Both the position numbers and the translations under genes were made by a program. Below are positions 54,899 through 63,687 of a DNA stretch of 64,000 bases, in pieces. The DNA lies in contig DYFM01000001.1 of assembly GCA_020725175.1 (NCBI GenBank), positions 65,504 to 129,503 on the forward strand. The letters are read 5' to 3'. The stretch is from Candidatus Paceibacter sp. (GTDB lineage: Bacteria > Patescibacteriota > Patescibacteriia > Magasanikbacterales > UBA922). The notes under the pieces are model-generated. The model was given only the letters and a program-made list of their open reading frames with translations, was not told where the DNA came from and did not search any database. Numbering within the stretch: the first letter of the stretch is position 1; every line of letters starts with the position of its first letter.

Positions 54899-56092
54899 AT
54901 GAAGATAGCACATATTGTCTGTACGTATCCACCCTATTTTGGAGGAATGGGAAATGTGGTGTTTCAAATGGCCACAGAACTCAATCGACGGGGGCATGAC
55001 GTACAAGTATTCACCCCGGATTATTATGATGCGAATGAAGTGCGATCGGCGAACGCACCTGAGTCTGGTGAACACGCAGCGAAACTACAAGAACAAATAG
55101 ACTTTGCTAGGCGACTTCGTCCAAGTTTTTCCTATGGGAATGCCGCGCGAATGCCACAATTGTTGGAAGAGTTAAACGCTTTTGATCTGGTTCATCTTCA
55201 TTATCCTTTTTTTGGAACAGCCAACATTGTTCGGAGATTTAAACAACAGCATCCGGAGAAACCACTCGTGGTCACGTATCATATGGATAATCGAGCGGCT
55301 GGCTGGAAAGGACTTATTTTTTCTCTATACGCCAAGTTTTGGTTACCAAAAATTTTATCGGCCGCGGATCTATTGATTGGGAGTTCATACGACTATATTG
55401 CGGTTAGTGATGCGGTTGATTCGTATCGAACTAACCATAAAAAATGGCGAGCCATACCGTTTGGAGTTGATATTGAAAGATTTCAGCCGAGAGAAAAAAC
55501 ATTATCATTACTATCAAATCATGGTTTATTGAGTAGCGTGCCTACTATCCTATTTGTTGGCGGGATGGATGAGGCGCATTATTTTAAAGGTGTACCGGTA
55601 TTGCTGAAGGCATTTCTTTTACTGAAGAAACGAGGCATCCCTTTTCAGGGTTTGTTGGTGGGAGATGGAAGTCAACGGTCATCATTTGAAATGACTGCCG
55701 AGGCGTACGGACTATTAGGACAGGTAAAATTTGCGGGGAAAGTTACCGATGAACTGTTACCACGGTATTATAATTTGGCAGATGTGCTTGCTCTACCTTC
55801 TACCACAGCGGGAGAAGCTTTTGGAATGGTACTTCTTGAGGCGATGGCAAGTGGGGTACCGGTAGTGGCGAGTGATTTGCCAGGTGTTCGCTCTGTTGCT
55901 TCTCAAGGCGGAGAAGTGGTACCACCAAATAATCCGGTAGCACTGGCTGATATGCTGGAACTACTTTTATCATCAGAAAAAGATCGTGGAGAGTATGCAA
56001 TCCAAGCCCGCCAAGCTGTACAGAGTACGTACAATTGGAATAGTATTGGAGATTCGCTGGAGGAAGTTTATTTTTCTTTACTGAACAAATAA
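54899..56092 (+). CDS. Family-4 (GT-B) glycosyltransferase
   Basis: MKIAHIVCTYPPYFGGMGNVV N-terminus and the EAFGMVLLEAMASGVPVVASD (EX7E) motif. Confidence 0.82.
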   Translation: MKIAHIVCTYPPYFGGMGNVVFQMATELNRRGHDVQVFTPDYYDANEVRSANAPESGEHAAKLQEQIDFARRLRPSFSYGNAARMPQLLEELNAFDLVHLHYPFFGTANIVRRFKQQHPEKPLVVTYHMDNRAAGWKGLIFSLYAKFWLPKILSAADLLIGSSYDYIAVSDAVDSYRTNHKKWRAIPFGVDIERFQPREKTLSLLSNHGLLSSVPTILFVGGMDEAHYFKGVPVLLKAFLLLKKRGIPFQGLLVGDGSQRSSFEMTAEAYGLLGQVKFAGKVTDELLPRYYNLADVLALPSTTAGEAFGMVLLEAMASGVPVVASDLPGVRSVASQGGEVVPPNNPVALADMLELLLSSEKDRGEYAIQARQAVQSTYNWNSIGDSLEEVYFSLLNK

Positions 56093-56095
56093 CAT

Positions 56096-56443
56096 ATGAA
56101 ACCGTTTACCGGTACTGTCATTCATGGTGAAAAAATTGCTCAATCCCTTGGCTACCCTACGGCCAATTTGGATGTGCCACGAGAAAAAATTAAGCTGCGT
56201 TCCGGTGTGTACGCGGCTGAAGCGACTATTGGTTCGAGAACATTTCCGGCGGCGCTTATTTTGATGGATAAGCCGAATAAAGTGGAAGTGTATTTGTTGG
56301 ATGTAACCATGAATTTGTATGGGAAACGTGTATCAATTCGACCATATCAGAAAGTGAGTGAAATTGAGCGTTATGATTCTGCTGAACTATTGATAAAAAA
56401 AATTCAACATGATGTAGAGATGGTGAGAAGAATTTTAACTTGA
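56096..56443 (+). CDS. Monofunctional riboflavin kinase (RibF C-terminal-domain-like)
   Basis: LGYPTANL, SGVYAA and VEVYLLDVTMNLYGKRVSI match the RFK motifs GFPTANL / GVY / LEVHLLDwsgDLYGrhi. Confidence 0.75.
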   Translation: MKPFTGTVIHGEKIAQSLGYPTANLDVPREKIKLRSGVYAAEATIGSRTFPAALILMDKPNKVEVYLLDVTMNLYGKRVSIRPYQKVSEIERYDSAELLIKKIQHDVEMVRRILT

Positions 56444-56569
56444 TTTTTTGTTGCCTCGTTTGGATTCTCAGCACTTTTTTATGTGGGCAGTGCGTTGACG
56501 TTTGTGGGCGCTCTTATTCTTTTGTTTATTTATCCTGTTTTATCTGAAAAACAGATGTAATGTTTTTAT

Positions 56570-57037
56570 ATGAAAACAGATTCAGCTCTTCCAAAAAAAG
56601 ACGGCTCGTCTCTCAAAGTCGGTATTGTTCGGGCGCGTTGGCATGATCGGTATACCAATTCTCTGGTTCGGGGATGTAAAAAAAGCTTACGTGCATGTGG
56701 AGTGAAACATAAACAAATAACAGTACTTGATGTGCCGGGTGCGTACGAAGTCGTGTATGGTGCGCGACATCTTATGGAAACGACAGATGTTGATGTGATT
56801 ATCTGCATCGGTGTTTTGATCAAAGGTGACACGATGCATTTTGAATATATTGCCGATGCGGTAGCGCACGGAATAATGGAACTCAATGTTGATGAAAAAG
56901 TACCGGTGATATTTGGTGTGTTGACGTGTTTGACCGATGAGCAGGCAAAGATTCGTTCAATAGGAAAACATAATCATGGACTGGGTTGGGGGCTGACTGC
57001 CGTGGAGATGGGACTACTTCATAAGTCTAACGTCTAA
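56570..57037 (+). CDS. ribH: 6,7-dimethyl-8-ribityllumazine synthase
   Basis: KVGIVRARWHDRYTNSLVRG..., ICIGVLIKGDTMHFEYIADAVAHGIMEL and VIFGVLTCLTDEQA are typical RibH blocks. Confidence 0.8.
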   Translation: MKTDSALPKKDGSSLKVGIVRARWHDRYTNSLVRGCKKSLRACGVKHKQITVLDVPGAYEVVYGARHLMETTDVDVIICIGVLIKGDTMHFEYIADAVAHGIMELNVDEKVPVIFGVLTCLTDEQAKIRSIGKHNHGLGWGLTAVEMGLLHKSNV

Positions 57038-57156
57038 AGTCATAAGTTTAAAGTTATTGGTTTGCTTGATTTTTCTTCTTTCATAAGGTAGTCTACAGTC
57101 ACAATTGGTCAATTGTCGACTTTAGACTTTTGACGTATGACTTTAGACTAAAAATC

Positions 57157-58983
57157 ATGTCCGATACTCAACTCATCAAAGATAAGCTCGATATCGTCGA
57201 CTTTATTGGCGAATACGTGCAGCTCAAACCGGGTGGTATCAACCACAAGGGTCTTTGTCCGTTTCATCGGGAAAAGAGTCCATCTTTTATGGTAAATCGA
57301 GAACGGCAGAGTTGGAAGTGTTTTGGGTGCGGTAAGGGGGGTGATATATTTTCCTTTGTACAAGAAATGGAAGGTATGGAATTTGTAGAAGCATTGAAAT
57401 ATCTTGCCAACCGTGCCGGCGTCATGTTGACGAATACTCGTTCGGAAGTGAACAGTAGTCAAAAAAATCGAATCAAAGATATCAATGTGCTGGCGGCTCG
57501 ATTGTACCATCATATTCTTCTTAAAACTTCGGCTGGAAAACCGGCGTTAGCGTATCTTGAACGGCGAGGGGTTACTCGTCAGACGATTGAAGAATGGCAA
57601 ATTGGTTTTGTTCCGGATCAGTGGGATGTGCTGACAAAATTTCTTCTTAAAAAAGGACACAGTATTGATGATATTGTTGCTGCCGGACTAACTATCATGC
57701 GAGATGGAGCGGATCAACGTACCGGTCGCGGATTTTATGATCGGTTTCGCGGACGTATTATGTTTCCAATTTCTGATATTCATGGTAATGTGGTTGGGTT
57801 TACCGGTCGAGTGTTGGTGGAAACCGAACAATCCGGTGGAAAATACGTCAACACACCCCAAACGCTTGTTTATGATAAATCTCGCGTGGTATTTGCGCTT
57901 GATAAGGCAAAACAAGAAATTCGTACCAAAGGGTTCGTAGTAATGGTTGAAGGGCAGATGGATGTCATAGCGTGTCATCAGGCCGGTATGAAGCAGGTGG
58001 TAGCGACGAGCGGTACTGCCATGACCGACGAACAGATCAAACTTCTCAAACGCTACGCCAACGAACTTCGTATTGCTTTTGACGCAGATTCGGCTGGAGA
58101 GTCAGCGGCAAAGCGGGGGATACATGTGGCCATCAAACAAGGTATGGGTGTCAGGGTGATACAAATTCCGGCTGGCAAAGGAAAGGACCCGGATGAATGT
58201 TTGAAACAAAATCCGGAAGTGTGGTTTACGGCAGTAGAACAGGCGCGAGACATTATGGAGTGGTACTTTGAGCGCGCGCTACTCAATGGAGATTTGTCAG
58301 ACCCGAAACAAAAACAGCAGGTGGCCGATGTGCTTATGGCAGATATCGCGCTTATTCCCTATGCTATAGAGCGAGACCATTGGCTGGGAAAACTGTCCGA
58401 AGCAATTCGTGTTGATATAGGAGTATTGCGAGAGGATATTCGGCGTTTTGTGGGGAAACCCTCAGCTTCTTCTGGAGCTCAAGGAAAACAAGGTGGTATT
58501 GAAAATGTTGTTTCGGAAACAAGTTCAAACAAGAAAGCGTTTGTACCGCAGGGAAAAGTGGAAAGCCTGCTTGAACGGTTGTTTATGTTACTTCTTCGAC
58601 ACCCTTCTGAACTACCCAAAGTTTGGTCACAGGTACAGGCGCTTGAACCGGCAGTGTGTACAACTTCCTTTCAGGGTCTTTACGAATTGATAAAAATGCA
58701 GTATACTACCAATAATTCATTTTCTATTGATCACATCCGTGAATCAATATCAGAAGACAATTCAATCGATTTTCTTGACCACTTACTCATGAAGAGTGAG
58801 CTGGATTTTTTTTCTATTTCAGAAAAAGAAGTGCCACAAGAACTTGAGCGTATTATCGGTCTTATTGGGACCGAATGGAAAAAAGAGCGTCGAACTGTGC
58901 TGCAGCAAGCAATTGAGGCAGCCGAACGCTCGGGTGACAAAGATCGCCTTCAACTTCTTCTCGCTGAGTTTCAGGCACTGTGA
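57157..58983 (+). CDS. dnaG: DNA primase
   Basis: Zinc-binding domain CPFHREKSPSFMVNRERQSWKCFGCGKGGDIFSFV, a TOPRIM domain (EGQMDVIACHQAG) and a C-terminal helicase-interaction region. Confidence 0.9.
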   Translation: MSDTQLIKDKLDIVDFIGEYVQLKPGGINHKGLCPFHREKSPSFMVNRERQSWKCFGCGKGGDIFSFVQEMEGMEFVEALKYLANRAGVMLTNTRSEVNSSQKNRIKDINVLAARLYHHILLKTSAGKPALAYLERRGVTRQTIEEWQIGFVPDQWDVLTKFLLKKGHSIDDIVAAGLTIMRDGADQRTGRGFYDRFRGRIMFPISDIHGNVVGFTGRVLVETEQSGGKYVNTPQTLVYDKSRVVFALDKAKQEIRTKGFVVMVEGQMDVIACHQAGMKQVVATSGTAMTDEQIKLLKRYANELRIAFDADSAGESAAKRGIHVAIKQGMGVRVIQIPAGKGKDPDECLKQNPEVWFTAVEQARDIMEWYFERALLNGDLSDPKQKQQVADVLMADIALIPYAIERDHWLGKLSEAIRVDIGVLREDIRRFVGKPSASSGAQGKQGGIENVVSETSSNKKAFVPQGKVESLLERLFMLLLRHPSELPKVWSQVQALEPAVCTTSFQGLYELIKMQYTTNNSFSIDHIRESISEDNSIDFLDHLLMKSELDFFSISEKEVPQELERIIGLIGTEWKKERRTVLQQAIEAAERSGDKDRLQLLLAEFQAL

Positions 58984-59199
58984 TATGTAGTACCGTGTTT
59001 CCCTGTGCGGTACAACATGCTCAATACACAATGAGCTGGTTTGAGATAGGGGATGATAGTTGAAAAACAGGTGAAAGTTGATGTTTCAAAGAGGAATTGG
59101 AATTTGTACGTTCTATTTTCCGGCTTATACTGACCCGTTCATTGATAAAGAGTATTTGCACAGGTATTGTAACTCATACAATTATTTACTTATTTTTCT

Positions 59200-60537
59200 A
59201 TGCCACCAAAAAAAACTCTCGTAAAAAAGAAACCTACTTCATCTCGCGTGGCAAAAGCAACTTCCAAAACAGCTCGCTTAGTCAAGAAATCTCCGAAAAC
59301 AAAAAAACCGGTTTCATCCAGAGTGAAAAAGCAAGAACGTTCTAAAAAAAGAGCGACTTTTAAATCTTCTGTGAAACGGGCACCAAAAAAAGTGGTACCA
59401 CCTCCGCCAATTTCTGCAGCTGAACTGCCGACAGAACCAATGGTCGAGGAGATCTGGAAGTTGATTGATAAAGGCAGAAATAGAGGTTTTCTGACTGAAA
59501 CCGAAGTTTTGCGCATTTTTGATCGATTTGAACATTACCTTGACTTATTTGAAGGGTTTTTGGATGCCCTGGATAAAAATAGTGTGGCCATTGTAGAAGC
59601 TGGTAGCGGTGGATTGCTGGGTGGACCGCCACAGGCACAGCAAAAAGCCATCCTTCAACAGTTTCAGGGAAGTCAGCCCGATACCGAGGGAGCGTTTGAT
59701 CTTGGATCTATTTCTCAGGATTCTATCCAAATGTACTTGCGAGAAATTGGTAAGATTCCATTATTAACGGCGGAAGAAGAAATATCTCTTGCCAAAGCCA
59801 AAGAAAAAGGTGATAAAGCGGCCGAGAGAAAAATGATTGAAGCAAATCTCCGTTTGGTAGTTTCAATTGCAAAAAAGTTTGTTGGAAAACAATTATCACT
59901 TCTTGACCTCATTCAAGAAGGAAATATCGGTCTTTTTCGGGCGGTCAAAAAATTTGATTACCGAAAAGGGTATAAGTTTTCTACCTACGCAACATGGTGG
60001 ATTCGGCAAGCAGTGACGCGTGCGTTGGCAGATCAGTCGCGTACGATTCGTATTCCGGTTCATATGGTGGAAACCATCAACCGGTTTCAGCAAGTATCAC
60101 GACGACTGCTGCAAGATTTGGGTCGAGATCCGACGCCAGAAGAATTGGCGGCCGAAATGGGAGAGGAGCTTGATAAAATCAAACAAATTATCAAGATTTC
60201 TCAAGATACGGTATCACTTGAAACTTCAGTGGGTGATAGTGATGATGACGATACCTCATTGTCAGACTTCATTGAGGATGTGAAAAATGCTAGTCCGTCT
60301 CATGTAGCCGGTGTGCAACTGCTTAAAGATTACATTTCAGAAGCGATTGAAAGTTTGTCGCCGCGTGAACAAAAGATTCTTGAAATGCGGTTTGGTCTTC
60401 GTGATGGGGTAACACATACGCTCGAAGAAGTGGGGCGTGAGTTTGATGTGACTCGTGAACGTATTCGACAAATTGAAGCCAAGGCGCTGGAAAAAATTCA
60501 GACGTTTGACATTGTGTCAAAGTTGCGAGATTATTAA
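59200..60537 (+). CDS. rpoD: RNA polymerase sigma factor RpoD (sigma-70) with a K/R-rich N-terminal extension
   Basis: Region 2.4 [33 protein letters not shown], region 4.2 [29 protein letters not shown]. Follows dnaG in the macromolecular-synthesis operon arrangement. Confidence 0.92.
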   Translation: MPPKKTLVKKKPTSSRVAKATSKTARLVKKSPKTKKPVSSRVKKQERSKKRATFKSSVKRAPKKVVPPPPISAAELPTEPMVEEIWKLIDKGRNRGFLTETEVLRIFDRFEHYLDLFEGFLDALDKNSVAIVEAGSGGLLGGPPQAQQKAILQQFQGSQPDTEGAFDLGSISQDSIQMYLREIGKIPLLTAEEEISLAKAKEKGDKAAERKMIEANLRLVVSIAKKFVGKQLSLLDLIQEGNIGLFRAVKKFDYRKGYKFSTYATWWIRQAVTRALADQSRTIRIPVHMVETINRFQQVSRRLLQDLGRDPTPEELAAEMGEELDKIKQIIKISQDTVSLETSVGDSDDDDTSLSDFIEDVKNASPSHVAGVQLLKDYISEAIESLSPREQKILEMRFGLRDGVTHTLEEVGREFDVTRERIRQIEAKALEKIQTFDIVSKLRDY

Positions 60538-60596
60538 GATTCAGGGGTCAGTGAACAGTGACCAGTGATCAGTGGGTTAAAACTATTTTTCATACG

Positions 60597-60625
60597 AAAA
60601 AGAACTGTATTCCTACAGTTCTTTT
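60597..60625 (+). terminator. Intrinsic terminator after rpoD
   Basis: aaagaactgtattcctacagttcttttt. Confidence 0.8.
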
Positions 60626-60644
60626 TATATTTCATCTTCTGTTT

Positions 60645-61697
60645 CCATTTGTGGGTTAATAGAACTTTTGGTGGGGCTAAATATCAATTAATATGGCATA
60701 ATATACAGTAAAAAACTAATACAACTATATATGCCTCATAAAAAAATGTCCCAAATGCGGTACATCTGGTGTAAAGAAGAACGGAATAAGAAGAGGGGTT
60801 CAGACATACAGATGTTCTCATTGTGGTTTTAAGTTTCAAAATAAAAGAAGAAAACAAAAAATACAAAGCAGTATACTCAAGCAGTATATATGGCAACGAC
60901 AGACATACTCAGATTTAGCTACAACGTATCAGAAAAGCACTCGTTGGGTACAAAATACCATTGACAATTACCAAACAAAACAAATTGTTCGTATTACTCT
61001 CCAACCAATTGTACTTGTCGCTGATGCTTCATTTTTCACCAGAACCGATGGTATTCTCGTATTCCGTGAACCTATCCGAAAAAAGAATATTTGGTGGCAA
61101 GAAATGACTCATGAAACGATTGAACTGTACCGAAAAGGAAAAGAATATATTGAACAACATGGGTTTGTCATTACAGCTGTCGTGTTAGATGGAAAACCGG
61201 GGGTACGAAGGGTGTTTGGTGATATACCCGTGCAAATGTGTCACTTTCACCAAAGACAGATCATTAATCGTTATCTGACCACAAAACCAAAGTTATTGGC
61301 CAGTAAAGAATTACGGAAGATCGTTTCCACGCTCACCAAAACAAATGAAACTACTATTACAAACTCACTGAGTGGTTGGTATGAAACATGGAGAGATTTT
61401 CTAAACGAAAAAACTATCCACCCAGAAACAGGAAGGTGGTACTACACTCACAAACGAGTAAGGTCTGCTTATCGAAGCTTACGGAACAATCTACCATTCT
61501 TATTCACCTATGAACAATATCCACACCTACACATTCCAAACACAACCAACTCCTTGGATGGTTTTTTCAACCGGTTGGAGAGTTTACTAAATGTTCATCG
61601 AGGAATGAATCGAAAAAGAAGAAGGAAAATTATGATAGAAATTTTGAAAGGAAAAGGGTAAAATAGCCCCACCAAAAGTTCTATTAACCCCCATTTG
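60645..61697 (+). mobile_element. Insertion sequence (about 1.05 kb) with terminal inverted repeats of about 34 bp, encoding a zinc-ribbon + DDE transposase (IS256/Mutator-like or IS1595-like, family uncertain)
   Basis: Left end catttgtgggttaatagaacttttggtggggcta (60645-60677) matches the reverse complement of the right end tagccccaccaaaagttctattaacccccatttg (61663-61697) with 2-3 mismatches. The single transposase gene lies between them. Confidence 0.75.
60731..61661 (+). pseudogene. Transposase split by a frameshift at an A7 run (60740-60746). ATG 60731 (frame 2) continues in frame 0 into the zinc-ribbon/DDE ORF
   Basis: Frame 0 has no Met from the stop at 60717 to 61104 but encodes KKCPKCGTSGVKKNGIRRGVQTYRCSHCGFKF (zinc ribbon), IVLVADASFF, AVVLDGKPG, QMCHFHQRQIINRY and TTNSLDGFFNRLES (IS256/MULE-like DDE and CxxH signatures). 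Frame-2 ATG 60731 (MPHKK) is linked to frame 0 by a +1 shift in the run cataaaaaaatg. Confidence 0.6.
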
Positions 61698-61787
61698 TTG
61701 TATATCTGCTAACATCTGCTGTTCCAACTCACATTATTTTGAAGCAGTAGATGTAGTGGATCGAAACGGATGGGAGGAACATGTGTA

Positions 61788-62375
61788 CTATTTCAGCAAA
61801 CTACCAACGTGTTCCCAATTCACCACTCCCCAAAACGCATCAATATACTTTGCTCGATCATTGCGATAGTCTATGTAATAGGCGTGTTCCCAAACGTCGA
61901 GGGTCAAGAGGGCGGTTTTACCTTCGGTCATGGGTGTGCCGGCATTTGGAAGGGGGAGAATTTCCAATTTTCCTTCAGGGGTTTGTACAAGCCATACCCA
62001 GCCGGAGCCAAAGAGTTTTGTTGAGTAGTCGGTAAACTGTTTTTTGAACTCTTCAACCGATCCAAAATCTCGTTCAATTGCTTCTCGTACACGTTCGGTA
62101 GGTTCTGCTCCACCTTCCGCAGAAAGAATGTCCCAAAAAAACGTATGGTTCCAGTGCTGGGCGGCGTTGTTGAACACACCTAGGTTTTGTTCTTTGTGAG
62201 AATCGAGGATAACCGTCTCAAGATCTTTTTCAGCGTATTTTGTGTTTTCAATCGCGGCGTTAAGTTTGTTGACATACGCGGCATGATGTTTTCCGTGATG
62301 AAAGTCAAATGTCTCCGCGCTACAAAATTGCGGCATGGAATCTTTGGGAAAAGGAAGGTCGGGAAGAAAAAACAT
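61788..62375 (-). CDS. Fe/Mn superoxide dismutase
   Basis: FHHGKHHAAYVNKLN and DVWEHAYYIDYRN metal-ligand motifs. Confidence 0.9.
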   Translation of the reverse strand: MFFLPDLPFPKDSMPQFCSAETFDFHHGKHHAAYVNKLNAAIENTKYAEKDLETVILDSHKEQNLGVFNNAAQHWNHTFFWDILSAEGGAEPTERVREAIERDFGSVEEFKKQFTDYSTKLFGSGWVWLVQTPEGKLEILPLPNAGTPMTEGKTALLTLDVWEHAYYIDYRNDRAKYIDAFWGVVNWEHVGSLLK

Positions 62376-62443
62376 ATGAGTAAGAATTAAAAATAGATTG
62401 GAGGCAATTTCTTTTTTCTGTAAATATGCAATATTGTATACAT

Positions 62444-62516
62444 CGAAATAAGGAAATAAAGAAATAACGAAACAGATTTTTTGTCATATTTCGTTATTTC
62501 GAATTTCGTTATTTCG
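62444..62516. repeat. Palindromic array of AAYGAAAT-type units in the sod promoter region
   Basis: cgaaataaggaaataaagaaataacgaaac...atttcgttatttcgaatttcgttatttcgg (arms are mutual reverse complements). Confidence 0.75.
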
Positions 62517-62520
62517 GGGT

Positions 62521-63174
62521 TTAGATCTTTCCTACCAAATCTACTCCCGGGGTTAAGGTGTCACTGCCTGGTTTCCATTTCGCCGGACACACTTGCCCGT
62601 GATGTTCAGCGACAAATTGAGCGGCTTGTAGCTTTCGAAGCGTTTCTTCGGCACTGCGACCAATGTTGTTGTCATGAATTTCCACGGTTTTTACTTTTCC
62701 TTCCGGATCAATGATAAAGGTACCGCGCAGTGATAGCCCTTCGTCTTCAATGTAGGTGCCGTACAGGTGGCAGAGAGTACCTGTTGGGTCTGCGGCCATC
62801 GGGAAGTTTACTTTTTTGATCGCCGGAGAGTTGTCATGCCATGCTTTGTGAACAAAAGCGGTATCTGTGCTGACAGAAAGTACTTCACAATTTAATTCTT
62901 GAAACTTTGGATATAGTTCTGCCATTTCTTCCAGCTCTGTCGGGCAGACAAAGGTAAAATCGGCCGGATAGAAGAAAAGAATAAGCCATTTTCCTTCATA
63001 ATCGGAAAGCTTTTTCTTTTCGATGTTGTTGTTGTGGTACACGTCAAATTCCCAGTCTGGAGTGCGTTTGTTGATAATGTTTCCCGGGAGTACGGAGTCA
63101 TGACCGTGATCATGCATATGTTCATGGTTTTGCATATTGTTTACTATACAGTATAAATAAGTAAATAGTATCAC
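62521..63174 (-). CDS. Typical 2-Cys peroxiredoxin (AhpC/Prx1 family)
   Basis: FYPADFTFVCPTELEE (peroxidatic Cys), a C-terminal VCPAKWKPG (resolving Cys) and a His-rich N-terminal extension. Confidence 0.88.
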   Translation of the reverse strand: MILFTYLYCIVNNMQNHEHMHDHGHDSVLPGNIINKRTPDWEFDVYHNNNIEKKKLSDYEGKWLILFFYPADFTFVCPTELEEMAELYPKFQELNCEVLSVSTDTAFVHKAWHDNSPAIKKVNFPMAADPTGTLCHLYGTYIEDEGLSLRGTFIIDPEGKVKTVEIHDNNIGRSAEETLRKLQAAQFVAEHHGQVCPAKWKPGSDTLTPGVDLVGKI

Positions 63175-63284
63175 TCTTGAGGAGTGATTGATAAGGTAGT
63201 ATAAAAAATCCGCTTGATTTCGTCAAGTTGTGGAAAAGAAAGCGAAGAGGGGTGTTCTCCTGAATAGTCAATGTCTCAACTACC

Positions 63285-63600
63285 GAGGGGAATGGACGAC
63301 CGGGAGGTGGGGTTAGTGGCGGTCGTCGTCTATGAGGTGGGGGGAAAGAATGATGAAGAGTAATACAAAAGTTGCGAGGAAAACGTCCTCGCGGGCGGGA
63401 CTCTCCCCCCTGATTACCTTGCAGATCAACCATCCTATTAGTACTAGGATGGCCACGATCGCGAGGGCGATCGCAAGCCTGTTTCTCATCAAACACCTCC
63501 GTCCGCCGTGTTTGACACCAGACCACGCTTTTACGGGAACTTCCCGTTAAACGTAGAGCCTGTGCCGGTGGGCGAACGGGTGATACTAGCAAAGAGAGAG
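63285..63600. ncRNA. GC-rich structured non-coding region (candidate ncRNA, identity and strand unresolved)
   Basis: About 300 nt with markedly higher GC than the surroundings. Multiple local stems (gacgaccg...cggtcgtc, gcgagg-aaaacgt-cctcgc, gggggga...tcccccc, ccatcct-attagtact-aggatgg, acggga-act-tcccgt). The only ORFs here are low-complexity Pro/Arg-rich. Confidence 0.35.
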
Positions 63601-63687
63601 TTGTCAAGGGAAACAGAAAACGGTATACTGTGGGTAGTTGTGTTAGCTTTGGGAATGGAGAAGAAGGTGAATTGTTTAGAATAATCA

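Noticed and set aside
56444-56569. FMN riboswitch upstream of ribH
   Set aside because: The spacer is AT-rich with only a short simple hairpin and lacks the conserved GC-rich RFN core motifs.
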